DNA from: a virus
DNA: 64,000 nt
Virus record (IMG/VR): IMGVR_UViG_3300030090_006322
Coordinates: 27,434-91,433 of that record
Reading direction: 5' to 3' (one strand)
Under the pieces are notes generated by a model. That model worked only from the letters and a program-made list of their open reading frames with translations, was not told the DNA's origin and did not search any database. This document shows positions 51,184 to 58,568 of the stretch, piece by piece. Numbering within the stretch: position 1 is the first letter of the stretch; every line of letters begins with the position of its first letter. The position numbers and the translations under genes were made by a program.

Positions 51184-52035
51184 TCATAATTTTATTTGCT
51201 TAATTGTGGCGCTAGTTGTCAAAGTTTCGCCACCATTAGTAGAGAGCGATTGTGTTAAAACTCTAGAGCCAGCGTCAAATTTAATTAAATCTACAATCTG
51301 CGACATAGCGGCTGTGCCTCCTATACCACATACGCTGACACTCAACGAGTTAGATAAAGACTGTCCACTAAAATTTATAAGGCTATTCAATCCTGTTGAT
51401 GCCACAGTAAGCTCTTCCTCAACTCCATCGAGCAACATTGAAGAAGCGTTAATTGAACCGATGCCGTAAACGGGAGTTCTGGCGTATTTCCTTGTAAAAC
51501 TTATTTGGCTTTGTGTGTTATTTAAAATATTTGCATTATCATCTATAAGGCAAGTATGACCATAAGCTACTGCGTCACTATCCAAAGGCACAGTCGAACC
51601 ACCGTAAGGGTTGCTATCTCCACTTATAGACCCATCAATAGCAGGATCTAAAGAAACAAAACTAGCATTTAAAGTAACAGCGGCAAAAGGGTTTATATTT
51701 ATAGATACATCCGTTGCATAGCAGTCTCGATACACTCCGCTACCCAATTGAATAATAACAGAACTATCTTGATTTACATCTTTTAAAAAATCTAAACCTG
51801 AAAGCATTCCTGTATGAAATACGCAATCGATAGATATGTTTGCGGATAGAGCTTGTTGAAAACCAAATTGATCAGTAGAATCGATAGTTGTCCCCAACTT
51901 ACGTTTGGGGCTATGATTTGTATTGTAATTTACACTTGCTTGGGTCGCAGGAATATATCCATTCACTTCAGAAGGAAGCGCTGTAGTGCCGATACCACCA
52001 ATATAAACAGGAAACTCACTATAAGGTAAACTCAT
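51184..52035 (-). CDS. tail tube-like virion protein
   Basis: S/T/G-rich; RTPVYGIGS resembles 25624-26436. Confidence 0.5.
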   Translation of the reverse strand: MSLPYSEFPVYIGGIGTTALPSEVNGYIPATQASVNYNTNHSPKRKLGTTIDSTDQFGFQQALSANISIDCVFHTGMLSGLDFLKDVNQDSSVIIQLGSGVYRDCYATDVSININPFAAVTLNASFVSLDPAIDGSISGDSNPYGGSTVPLDSDAVAYGHTCLIDDNANILNNTQSQISFTRKYARTPVYGIGSINASSMLLDGVEEELTVASTGLNSLINFSGQSLSNSLSVSVCGIGGTAAMSQIVDLIKFDAGSRVLTQSLSTNGGETLTTSATIKQIKL

Positions 52036-52054
52036 TTGTTTAATTTACACCGTT

Positions 52055-52216
52055 TTACTGATTACCAACTACCATAAGACCAAAATTTGCCGTAGCATAA
52101 GAAATCCAGATCACACCCCAACCATAATCCCTCTTCATAAAATAAGCAAAAGCAACGAGAGCATACATGACCCCAGCTACCAATGGGACATACTTTGTTA
52201 TATCGTCAAGAGTCAC
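52055..52216 (-). CDS. 53-aa membrane protein (not in ORF track)
   Basis: GTG start; MTLDDITKYVPLVAGVMYALVAFAYFMKRDYGWGVIWISYATANFGLMVVGNQ; two hydrophobic segments; TATAAT 5 nt upstream. Confidence 0.6.
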   Translation of the reverse strand: MTLDDITKYVPLVAGVMYALVAFAYFMKRDYGWGVIWISYATANFGLMVVGNQ

Positions 52217-52438
52217 TTTGAATTATAGGGTCTGATTATTTTTTTTAAACAATAAATGGAACTCATGCCCCCGTTTACCACGCCCAGACAATTGGGTGGG
52301 GGTTTCTCGTTGATAGATTGATAATGGACTCCCCCCGCCAGTTTGCCACGCAAACGCAAACTAATTTTTTCAGAAATGGGGTAGGGTTGTCAAGCCCTTT
52401 TTTAATAAAAAAAAAGATAAAAAAAAGATAAAAAAAGC

Positions 52439-52467
52439 TTTACTTTTGTTTGATTGTGTGCTATAGT
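52439..52467 (+). promoter_or_regulatory. early promoter, leaderless
   Basis: TTTACT-17-TATAGT with extended TG; ATG 6 nt downstream. Confidence 0.75.
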
Positions 52468-52473
52468 TACTAC

Positions 52474-52644
52474 ATGAAAATAAGCAACTTTGAATTGAAC
52501 GACAGCGTAACTTTTAAGCATGGCGAGAGCCTTGAGTTCGTTGACACAGGCATAATCTTTCACATAGAAGATAATTGCCTACACGTTGAGGTCAAAGAAC
52601 TCGATGAGGTCTTTGAGGTAATCGCTGAAGAAATCGTAAAATAA
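52474..52644 (+). CDS. small acidic hypothetical protein
   Basis: Start reassigned to the promoter-proximal ATG. Confidence 0.7.
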   Translation: MKISNFELNDSVTFKHGESLEFVDTGIIFHIEDNCLHVEVKELDEVFEVIAEEIVK

Positions 52645-52657
52645 TACAAAAAAAAAC

Positions 52658-52686
52658 TTGCTTTTAACTTTAACCTGTGCTATAGT
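52658..52686 (+). promoter_or_regulatory. early promoter, leaderless
   Basis: TTGCTT-17-TATAGT; ATG +6. Confidence 0.8.
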
Positions 52687-52692
52687 AGAAAC

Positions 52693-52911
52693 ATGACAGA
52701 AATTAAAAATCAAATTGGAAACGGCGCGGAAATCGTGTCACAAGGTAAATGGTTCATCGTAACTGACACAGACCTAGAAAATGGTCTTGTGTGGGCTATG
52801 GATCAAGACGGCGGCGAGGAAGCAATTTCTCTCGACGCAATCGACGATATCAGACTAGAAGATATCGTAACCCGCGACTGGTCGCCAATGCTCAACAAGT
52901 TGAGCATCTAA
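52693..52911 (+). CDS. small acidic hypothetical protein
   Basis: 72 aa with its own promoter. Confidence 0.75.
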   Translation: MTEIKNQIGNGAEIVSQGKWFIVTDTDLENGLVWAMDQDGGEEAISLDAIDDIRLEDIVTRDWSPMLNKLSI

Positions 52912-52939
52912 AAAAATAAAAAAAAAGATACTTTTACCC

Positions 52940-52968
52940 TTGACTTTTAACTCAAACCCTGCTATAGT
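52940..52968 (+). promoter_or_regulatory. early promoter, leaderless
   Basis: TTGACT-17-TATAGT; ATG +6. Confidence 0.85.
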
Positions 52969-52974
52969 ATAAAT

Positions 52975-53175
52975 ATGTTAGTAATTAATCCAGAACTCCT
53001 AAACCGCACTCGCTACATTGTCACCTTTAACGGCCGCAAGGTCAAGTGTTTCCCTTCAACATATGGCTCTCACAATGGTGAGCCAATCTGCGCGGGTGAA
53101 ATCATGGAGGGCGAACACAAGGGCAAAAACACATCCGTCACAGGTGAAGCCGCTCGCATAGGATGCGAAAAATAA
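52975..53175 (+). CDS. hypothetical protein
   Basis: 66 aa with its own promoter. Confidence 0.72.
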   Translation: MLVINPELLNRTRYIVTFNGRKVKCFPSTYGSHNGEPICAGEIMEGEHKGKNTSVTGEAARIGCEK

Positions 53176-53189
53176 AATAAAATAAAAGC

Positions 53190-53218
53190 TTGCGTTAACT
53201 CCACTTATAAAGTATATT
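53190..53218 (+). promoter_or_regulatory. early promoter, leaderless
   Basis: TTGCGT-17-TATATT; ATG +6. Confidence 0.75.
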
Positions 53219-53224
53219 CTAATC

Positions 53225-53416
53225 ATGACAGAACAAGAAAAAATCGACCAACTAAAAGATCAAATCTTTAAACTCCAAATGGTAATGAAAGGCGTTTCAG
53301 GCATCGCCGCCGCAGGTGCGGCATGGCAAGAGACATCCGCTTTTAACAAGCAGACCTTTAAAAGAATCGAGAGCCAACTTGATGAAGCAGTCGAGGCAAT
53401 CGAGACCACCCACTAA
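53225..53416 (+). CDS. hypothetical protein
   Basis: 63 aa, helical, own promoter. Confidence 0.72.
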   Translation: MTEQEKIDQLKDQIFKLQMVMKGVSGIAAAGAAWQETSAFNKQTFKRIESQLDEAVEAIETTH

Positions 53417-53453
53417 CACACACAAAAAAATCTAACACACACACAAAAAAATC

Positions 53454-53705
53454 ATGAAAAAATTCTTCTCTACTCTCAATCACTTCATTGACCGCTTTCT
53501 ATTCTCTGCTATGGTATGCATAGCGTTTAACTTCGTAATCATCATGATCGCCGTCTTGATTGGTAGCGGTCCCGCACTTTTCGAAAGCGTCTTGCGTGGT
53601 TGGGATGGTGCCGACTTTCTTGTTGTAATGTTAGGACTGCCAGCACTCTGGGCGGTTGTGTGGATGTTAGGGGATGCCCTTGTAAAATGGGTTCACAAAT
53701 TCTAG
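53454..53705 (+). CDS. membrane protein
   Basis: 83 aa with two hydrophobic segments. Confidence 0.7.
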   Translation: MKKFFSTLNHFIDRFLFSAMVCIAFNFVIIMIAVLIGSGPALFESVLRGWDGADFLVVMLGLPALWAVVWMLGDALVKWVHKF

Positions 53706-53730
53706 GCGGGTGACCGCCGCTGTCATGGAG

Positions 53731-53765
53731 CCTCGTCACCGAGTGGAGTCGGTGGCGAGGTTTTT
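53731..53765 (+). terminator. rho-independent terminator
   Basis: CCTCGTCACCGA-gtggag-TCGGTGGCGAGG followed by T5. Confidence 0.8.
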
Positions 53766-53786
53766 ACTTGACAAGAAAATTGCGTT

Positions 53787-53863
53787 GTAAGTCGTTGACG
53801 CTCAACGAGTTACAAGGGCGCGGCCCCCCGCGCCTCGTAAGTCATTGATACTAAGTGAGTTAC
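53787..53863. repeat. 77-bp twin-palindrome element, copy 1
   Basis: GTAAGTCGTTGA-CGC-TCAACGAGTTAC, 23-bp GC spacer, GTAAGTCATTGA-TAC-TAAGTGAGTTAC. Confidence 0.95.
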
Positions 53864-53889
53864 GAAGCAAAAAAAACAATAAAAAAGGC

Positions 53890-53917
53890 TTGTGTTGCGG
53901 GGTGAGTGTGCTATAAT
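53890..53917 (+). promoter_or_regulatory. early promoter, leaderless
   Basis: TTGTGT-16-TATAAT; ATG +6. Confidence 0.78.
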
Positions 53918-53923
53918 ACCCCC

Positions 53924-54091
53924 ATGAGCATCAAAGAAGAGGCCACTAAAACAGATCGCTACATTGTCTACCATCAGTGGTCTAAGGATGAGGAGTTCCG
54001 AGGCACACGGGCCGAGTGCGAGGCTTGGGTTGCAGCGTTCAACCTTCCCAAGTTCGCCAAAACCTTTTTCATCTCCCACGAAAGCAAATAA
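53924..54091 (+). CDS. hypothetical protein
   Basis: MSIKEEATK..; start reassigned. Confidence 0.7.
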   Translation: MSIKEEATKTDRYIVYHQWSKDEEFRGTRAECEAWVAAFNLPKFAKTFFISHESK

Positions 54092-54108
54092 AAAAGATTA
54101 AAAAAGGC

Positions 54109-54136
54109 TTGCGCCCACTCTCACACCTGATATAAT
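54109..54136 (+). promoter_or_regulatory. early promoter, leaderless
   Basis: TTGCGC-16-TATAAT; ATG +6. Confidence 0.8.
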
Positions 54137-54142
54137 ACCCGC

Positions 54143-54364
54143 ATGACAGTTAAGAGAGTCACCGAGTCCCGCTACCATCTCCAGATCGCCGTGCGTGGGG
54201 GCGGCACCTATACGAACGGCGCATTCGACACATATGCGGAAGCGAAGGCATGGCGCAACGCCTACGCCCCCGCTGCCGCGATTGTCTTCCGTTCCGTGTT
54301 GCGCTCCTATAATATGGACGAAGACACCCCCGCCTCTCCCGCGTGGGAATATAGGAATCGCTAA
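54143..54364 (+). CDS. hypothetical protein (GC-rich)
   Basis: 73 aa; GAFDTYAEAKAW resembles an AP2/SPOR-like motif. Confidence 0.7.
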   Translation: MTVKRVTESRYHLQIAVRGGGTYTNGAFDTYAEAKAWRNAYAPAAAIVFRSVLRSYNMDEDTPASPAWEYRNR

Positions 54365-54380
54365 AAAGCGAAAATAAATC

Positions 54381-54408
54381 TTGCGCTTCTCTCAATCTCT
54401 ACTATACT
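54381..54408 (+). promoter_or_regulatory. early promoter, leaderless
   Basis: TTGCGC-16-TATACT; ATG +6. Confidence 0.8.
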
Positions 54409-54414
54409 ACACAC

Positions 54415-54699
54415 ATGACTGAAACAGACATCATGACCCGCCCGTCCGATACCTACTTTGTAGTGACCGCCGCTCACTACGGTGACACCACTAAGCGCTG
54501 GGTTGTGGCTGGCACTGCCAGTCAGACCGAGGCCGTGACTCTGGGTGAGAGGCAGGTCGCTGGGATGGTGAGCGGATTCGCTAACCGTGCCGAGGCACTT
54601 GAGACCTACCCTGACCTTGACCCCAAGCCTACGGGCTGGGACCACGACCCGCAGGGATGGGTTAGCTATATGCGCGACTGGGAGGAACACAGCAACTAA
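54415..54699 (+). CDS. hypothetical protein (GC-rich)
   Basis: 94 aa, own promoter, ends 5 nt before element copy 2. Confidence 0.75.
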   Translation: MTETDIMTRPSDTYFVVTAAHYGDTTKRWVVAGTASQTEAVTLGERQVAGMVSGFANRAEALETYPDLDPKPTGWDHDPQGWVSYMRDWEEHSN

Positions 54700-54704
54700 G
54701 CCTC

Positions 54705-54781
54705 GTAACTCACTGATAGTCAAGGGGTTATGGGGGGCGGCCCCCCGCCGCCTCGTAACTCGTTGACAGTCAACGACTTAC
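54705..54781. repeat. 77-bp twin-palindrome element, copy 2
   Basis: GTAACTCACTGA-TAG-TCAAGGGGTTAT / GTAACTCGTTGA-CAG-TCAACGACTTAC; 50-bp offset. Confidence 0.95.
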
Positions 54782-54930
54782 AAGCCTTTATACGCATGAC
54801 CGATCTGGGGGGCTGTCAAGTAAAAAAACACACTATTTACTATTTATCTATTTATCCCCTGACCTACAGTCTGTGGCCTGTCAAGTATAATTTAAAAGAA
54901 AAAAAAAAGAAAAAAAAGATTAAAAAAGGG

Positions 54931-54959
54931 TTGCACTAAAAACAAAAGTGTGGTATACT
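54931..54959 (+). promoter_or_regulatory. early promoter
   Basis: TTGCAC-17-TATACT; ATG +9. Confidence 0.8.
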
Positions 54960-54968
54960 TACAGCATC

Positions 54969-55139
54969 ATGACAGAGACAAAATCAGATCTTCAACAACT
55001 CCTCCAAGAACAGACTGCGGTCGCACTTATGAGAGACGACATCTCGTTTCTTATCGGTTGGACTAAAGCCGACAATCCAGAAATCGCTCAAAGACTTGAG
55101 GACATCTTGGCTAATCACACAAAAAATAGAAATAAGTAA
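54969..55139 (+). CDS. hypothetical protein
   Basis: MTETKSDLQQLL.. Confidence 0.7.
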   Translation: MTETKSDLQQLLQEQTAVALMRDDISFLIGWTKADNPEIAQRLEDILANHTKNRNK

Positions 55140-55140
55140 A

Positions 55141-55332
55141 ATGATAAATCGAATCGATCAAATCCTAGCAAACCTAAACTGTGCCGCTGTAGATGGCGGC
55201 TTCTGCCTCTTTGTAAAAGATGGCGAAATTGTAGCGAAGGATCTTCTTAGCGAAGAGCCTCTTGAGTTTAATATCAGATTCGTCGGAACTGACATCTCTG
55301 ACATCGAAGCAAAACCACTCACCAAAAAGTAA
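55141..55332 (+). CDS. hypothetical protein
   Basis: MINRIDQIL..; starts 1 nt after the previous stop. Confidence 0.68.
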   Translation: MINRIDQILANLNCAAVDGGFCLFVKDGEIVAKDLLSEEPLEFNIRFVGTDISDIEAKPLTKK

Positions 55333-55333
55333 C

Positions 55334-55708
55334 ATGGGACTAGACCAATACGCAAAAAAAGTAAAGAGGGAATACAATCATGAGACCCTCACCGAGACAA
55401 TCGTCAAAACTGAAATAGGTTACTGGCGTAAACACAATGCACTAGAAGGTTACATGGCTGACCTTTACCGCACTAAGACAGGAGATCAGGGAGAGTTTAA
55501 TTGTAAAACTCTTTCTCTTGATAAAGACGACTTGGACACCTTGGAAGCGGTGGTAATAAGAGGCAACCTGCCCGAAACCGTAGGTTTCTTTTTCGGTAGT
55601 TGCACCAAGGACAACGAGGAATACAAAGAAAATGATCTTGAGTTTATAGCGAAGGCTAGGAAATGCCTTGCTAATGGCTTTGAGGTAGAATATACATCTT
55701 GGTGGTGA
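55334..55708 (+). CDS. conserved phage protein of unknown function
   Basis: MGLDQY..YWRKHNAL..LPETVGFFFG..YTSWW pattern recurrent in phages. Confidence 0.8.
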   Translation: MGLDQYAKKVKREYNHETLTETIVKTEIGYWRKHNALEGYMADLYRTKTGDQGEFNCKTLSLDKDDLDTLEAVVIRGNLPETVGFFFGSCTKDNEEYKENDLEFIAKARKCLANGFEVEYTSWW

Positions 55709-55890
55709 TGAGAGAAGGAGCATACAACAAACAACAAACGCATAGCGACCGACAAATGCAATATATGACTCACCTTTCTAAAAGTGTTGGTGAGGCTTGC
55801 GATGCGTGGCTGGAAAAAAGAGGGATGAAACAAAAAAGTTGGAGGCAGCAAAAAGATGAGAAATTCCAGAAAAAAAACTTGACACCGTAA
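55708..55890 (+). CDS. hypothetical protein
   Basis: TGATG coupling; stop codon is the TAA of element copy 3. Confidence 0.55.
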   Translation: MREGAYNKQQTHSDRQMQYMTHLSKSVGEACDAWLEKRGMKQKSWRQQKDEKFQKKNLTP

Positions 55891-55963
55891 CTCCTTAAGC
55901 CTCAACGACTTAGGAGGGCGCGGCCCCCCGCGCCGCGTAACTCGTTGATAGTCAACGACTTAC
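55887..55963. repeat. 77-bp twin-palindrome element, copy 3
   Basis: GTAACTCCTTAA-GCC-TCAACGACTTAG / GTAACTCGTTGA-TAG-TCAACGACTTAC. Confidence 0.95.
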
Positions 55964-56000
55964 AGGGCAAAAAAAAGATCATAAAAAAAGAAAAAAAGCC

Positions 56001-56028
56001 TTGCGGCTCTGTGAGTCTGTGCTATGTT
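56001..56028 (+). promoter_or_regulatory. early promoter, leaderless
   Basis: TTGCGG-16-TATGTT with extended TG; ATG +6. Confidence 0.72.
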
Positions 56029-56034
56029 ACCAGC

Positions 56035-56241
56035 ATGACAGTTCAAAATCCTATTGGCCAACTCGCCCCTATGAATGAAACCGACCTACGCGAAATGCTC
56101 GATGACGGGCCACGCGCAGGTTGCTGGAACCCTTCGCCTGATGAGGTGCAGGAGGTTCTCGCGCAGATCCACGCCGATATGGGCGACCGCCACCCGCAGT
56201 GGTCCTCGGATGTCGAGGATCAAGATGAGATCCCAATGTAA
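56035..56241 (+). CDS. small acidic hypothetical protein
   Basis: MTVQNPIGQL..; start reassigned. Confidence 0.7.
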   Translation: MTVQNPIGQLAPMNETDLREMLDDGPRAGCWNPSPDEVQEVLAQIHADMGDRHPQWSSDVEDQDEIPM

Positions 56242-56265
56242 TTGTAACCCTCTACCCCTAAAATC

Positions 56266-56505
56266 ATGAACCAGAGCAATATCTATAAAATGACAGAAAT
56301 CGAATACCAGCAGAACCCGCCTTCGTGCGGGGGCAACTGGGAGTGTGGGTCTGTGACCCGTGTGTGTATGTCGCGCTCGCCCAAGGTGGCGGTCGCGATG
56401 GCGGGGGATATCACCGTGCGCTATGAGGGTGTGGACGGTGTGCCTATCATGCGCCAGCGCATTCTCACCAAGGGCGGCAAAGTGATCTTCGATAAGTGGG
56501 ATTAA
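56266..56505 (+). CDS. hypothetical protein
   Basis: 79 aa; ends 5 nt before element copy 4. Confidence 0.68.
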   Translation: MNQSNIYKMTEIEYQQNPPSCGGNWECGSVTRVCMSRSPKVAVAMAGDITVRYEGVDGVPIMRQRILTKGGKVIFDKWD

Positions 56506-56510
56506 GCCGC

Positions 56511-56587
56511 GTAACTCACTAAGTCTCAACGACTTAGGGGGGCGCGGGGGCCGCGCCCTCGTAACTCCTTGATAATCAACGAGTTAT
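56511..56587. repeat. 77-bp twin-palindrome element, copy 4 (inverted spacer)
   Basis: GTAACTCACTAA-GTC-TCAACGACTTAG / GTAACTCCTTGA-TAA-TCAACGAGTTAT. Confidence 0.95.
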
Positions 56588-56624
56588 GAAGCAAAATAAA
56601 AATGCATTTAAATGCAAAAAAACA

Positions 56625-56653
56625 TTGCTATTTAACTATTTATGGGTTACTAT
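56625..56653 (+). promoter_or_regulatory. early promoter, leaderless
   Basis: TTGCTA-17-TACTAT; ATG +7. Confidence 0.7.
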
Positions 56654-56660
56654 TTGAACC

Positions 56661-56966
56661 ATGAGAACAGACGACAAGCAAAGACAAGAAGTTACTTTGG
56701 AGCGCAGGATCTGCGACCGCTGTAGAGATGTTGATGGATTGACCTTCGGTTACATCGGTAACTTTGAAAGCTGGGGAGATGATCGCAAGCTTTTCATCTG
56801 GATTAATGAGGATGAGATGAGAGAGAAGAATGGCAATCAAGCTGCTCTCTGGGAGTGTGTTGCTCGCGATCTTAATGTGAAAGATGCCTGTCTCGCTCTT
56901 GCGGCAATCAAAGGTTTTCAGATGGGTAAGCTCTATAGCTCTATCAAAATCAACAAGAAGCTCTAA
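56661..56966 (+). CDS. hypothetical protein
   Basis: 101 aa, own promoter. Confidence 0.75.
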   Translation: MRTDDKQRQEVTLERRICDRCRDVDGLTFGYIGNFESWGDDRKLFIWINEDEMREKNGNQAALWECVARDLNVKDACLALAAIKGFQMGKLYSSIKINKKL

Positions 56967-57184
56967 TGAAGACACGCATACACGTTAACCAGCACAAGAT
57001 CCGCAGTAATGCAAAGACTGGCGAGAGGGAGCCAGTGCTTACGGTCAAGACTTACAAAAGCAACACTTACTGCAAGACGGTCAACATAAACGGCCCTTGT
57101 AAAGTTGTTTACTCGCCTGATAACCCGCTGCCCTGCGGTGCGAAGGTCTGGATTGAAACAGAAGAAGGTGTTGTATGTGATTGA
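56966..57184 (+). CDS. conserved small phage protein
   Basis: IHVNQHKIRSN..PVLTVK..YSPD.PLPCGAKVWIET pattern; 3' end overlaps element copy 5. Confidence 0.8.
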   Translation: MKTRIHVNQHKIRSNAKTGEREPVLTVKTYKSNTYCKTVNINGPCKVVYSPDNPLPCGAKVWIETEEGVVCD

Positions 57185-57249
57185 TACTTAACGACTTATG
57201 CGGGTCGCGGGGCCGCGCCCCCGTAACTCGTTGATGCTCAACGAGTTAG
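57173..57249. repeat. 77-bp twin-palindrome element, copy 5 (inverted spacer, left arm degenerate)
   Basis: GTATGTGATTGA-TAC-TTAACGACTTAT / GTAACTCGTTGA-TGC-TCAACGAGTTAG. Confidence 0.9.
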
Positions 57250-57296
57250 ACAACATAATACGCAGAAAAAAAAATCATTTTAATGCAAAAAAAAGG

Positions 57297-57324
57297 TTGC
57301 AAAGCCTATTTGTTGTGATATACT
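57297..57324 (+). promoter_or_regulatory. early promoter, leaderless
   Basis: TTGCAA-16-TATACT; ATG +6. Confidence 0.8.
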
Positions 57325-57330
57325 ACGTCC

Positions 57331-57693
57331 ATGAAATTGAGATTCCCCAAACTCTGGAGCAAAAAAAATAACAAATTGCCCCTTGACTTAACCCCGCTTA
57401 TGCCTTATACTACCATTATGAAAAACGAAATCATGTCCACCCCATCCACCCTTCCTTCCAACCCTATCGCACTTGCCTCCGCACTGACTGGCAAGACTTT
57501 GGTATACAACGCTCGCAAGTCTACTGTTACCAGTGACAAGATGCGTGTGTTCAAAGTCGAGAAAGTCGATGACGTATTCACATCCGACTCCTCTGGTCAG
57601 CAGTGCGTAACCCTTTGGGCAAAGGATATCGACCAAGGCGGTCGCTTGGTCCCTCGGACCTTGCACGTTGTCGGTATCGAATCAGTTTCATAG
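57331..57693 (+). CDS. hypothetical protein with a second in-frame start at 57418
   Basis: 120 aa or 91 aa; both starts have promoters. Confidence 0.7.
   Translation: MKLRFPKLWSKKNNKLPLDLTPLMPYTTIMKNEIMSTPSTLPSNPIALASALTGKTLVYNARKSTVTSDKMRVFKVEKVDDVFTSDSSGQQCVTLWAKDIDQGGRLVPRTLHVVGIESVS
57383..57411 (+). promoter_or_regulatory. internal early promoter, leaderless
   Basis: TTGACT-17-TATACT; ATG +6 (57418). Confidence 0.82.
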
Positions 57694-57769
57694 AGGGGAA
57701 ACATGATAGCGGGGGGGTGAGGTTGTTTTTGCTTATGTTCTACCTCACCTCCCTGCACTCACTTTTTAC

Positions 57770-57798
57770 TTTACAAACAACAAACCATACATTACATT
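57770..57798 (+). promoter_or_regulatory. early promoter, leaderless
   Basis: TTTACA-17-TACATT; ATG +6. Confidence 0.65.
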
Positions 57799-57804
57799 AG
57801 CATC

Positions 57805-58023
57805 ATGCCTAAATCACCAGAATCGATTCGTATCGAAGTTAAAAATAAAGACCAAGCCGCATTGCTTAACTATGCCTTGGGTATCGTTCACCAAACTCTA
57901 GCTGAAAGAATGTCAGAGGTAGCAGACGATAAGCTCGACAATTTTATGGACAATGTGAAGTGGACACGCAAACACGCTTCCGCATTGAACGAAAAGTTTT
58001 CTTTGGCTCCAACCGAGTCATAG
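57805..58023 (+). CDS. hypothetical protein
   Basis: 72 aa. Confidence 0.72.
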   Translation: MPKSPESIRIEVKNKDQAALLNYALGIVHQTLAERMSEVADDKLDNFMDNVKWTRKHASALNEKFSLAPTES

Positions 58024-58029
58024 AAATTC

Positions 58030-58368
58030 GGAGCGGAACCGCAAAGCGATACTGGATATCCAGAAGCTCCTAAAAAACAACTTCACCTGAATTCTCTGTG
58101 GCTAGGGTGTCGTAAAACGCACAGAGGCTCCCAGCGTGTGGGCAAATAAACCGCTAGGTGGTAACAGTGACCAACTCTTAATTGACTGGCACTCGTCAAC
58201 AAGCCGACCCTCTCCCACTTTTCTAGACAGTGGGAGGGGGATATAACTTTCTGGAGGAAAGCCCCAACGGAGTGCTACCACAGATTGAAGCCGTCGATAG
58301 TGGTTCTTTAACCTAGAGCGGTCTTTAAATAGACCTTAATGACTCGAAACTATCGGCGGTTTCTTTTT
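58030..58368 (+). ncRNA. candidate structured non-coding RNA
   Basis: No substantial ORF; several stems with G-U pairs on the + strand; ends in a 15-bp stem plus T-tract. Confidence 0.55.
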
Positions 58369-58386
58369 GTTCTGTTAACTCAAGTC

Positions 58387-58463
58387 ATAACTCATTGATA
58401 CTGAACGACTTAGCGGGGCGCGGCCCCCCGCGCCGCGTAACTCGTTGATACTCAACGACTTAC
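58387..58463. repeat. 77-bp twin-palindrome element, copy 6
   Basis: ATAACTCATTGA-TAC-TGAACGACTTAG / GTAACTCGTTGA-TAC-TCAACGACTTAC. Confidence 0.95.
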
Positions 58464-58534
58464 GAGGCAAAAACAAGCACAGCTTTCTGGGTATGTCAAG
58501 CAGAAAAAAAATAAAAAAATAAAACAAAAAAGGG

Positions 58535-58562
58535 TTGCATGAAATGAATTTTTCGGTATACT
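58535..58562 (+). promoter_or_regulatory. early promoter, leaderless
   Basis: TTGCAT-16-TATACT; ATG +6. Confidence 0.8.
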
Positions 58563-58568
58563 ACTGGC

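Noticed and set aside
54730-54939. ORF-track entries crossing repeats or promoters (54730-54939, 53810-54079, 59388-59573, 61483-61713, 5' extension of 55945)
   Set aside because: They translate repeat, A-tract or terminator DNA; promoter-linked starts explain the region better.
58250-58365. RNase P RNA (GAGGAAAG and AGTGC..ACAGA-like words)
   Set aside because: The spacing is far too compressed, and the 3' conserved region that pairs to form P4 is not identifiable.
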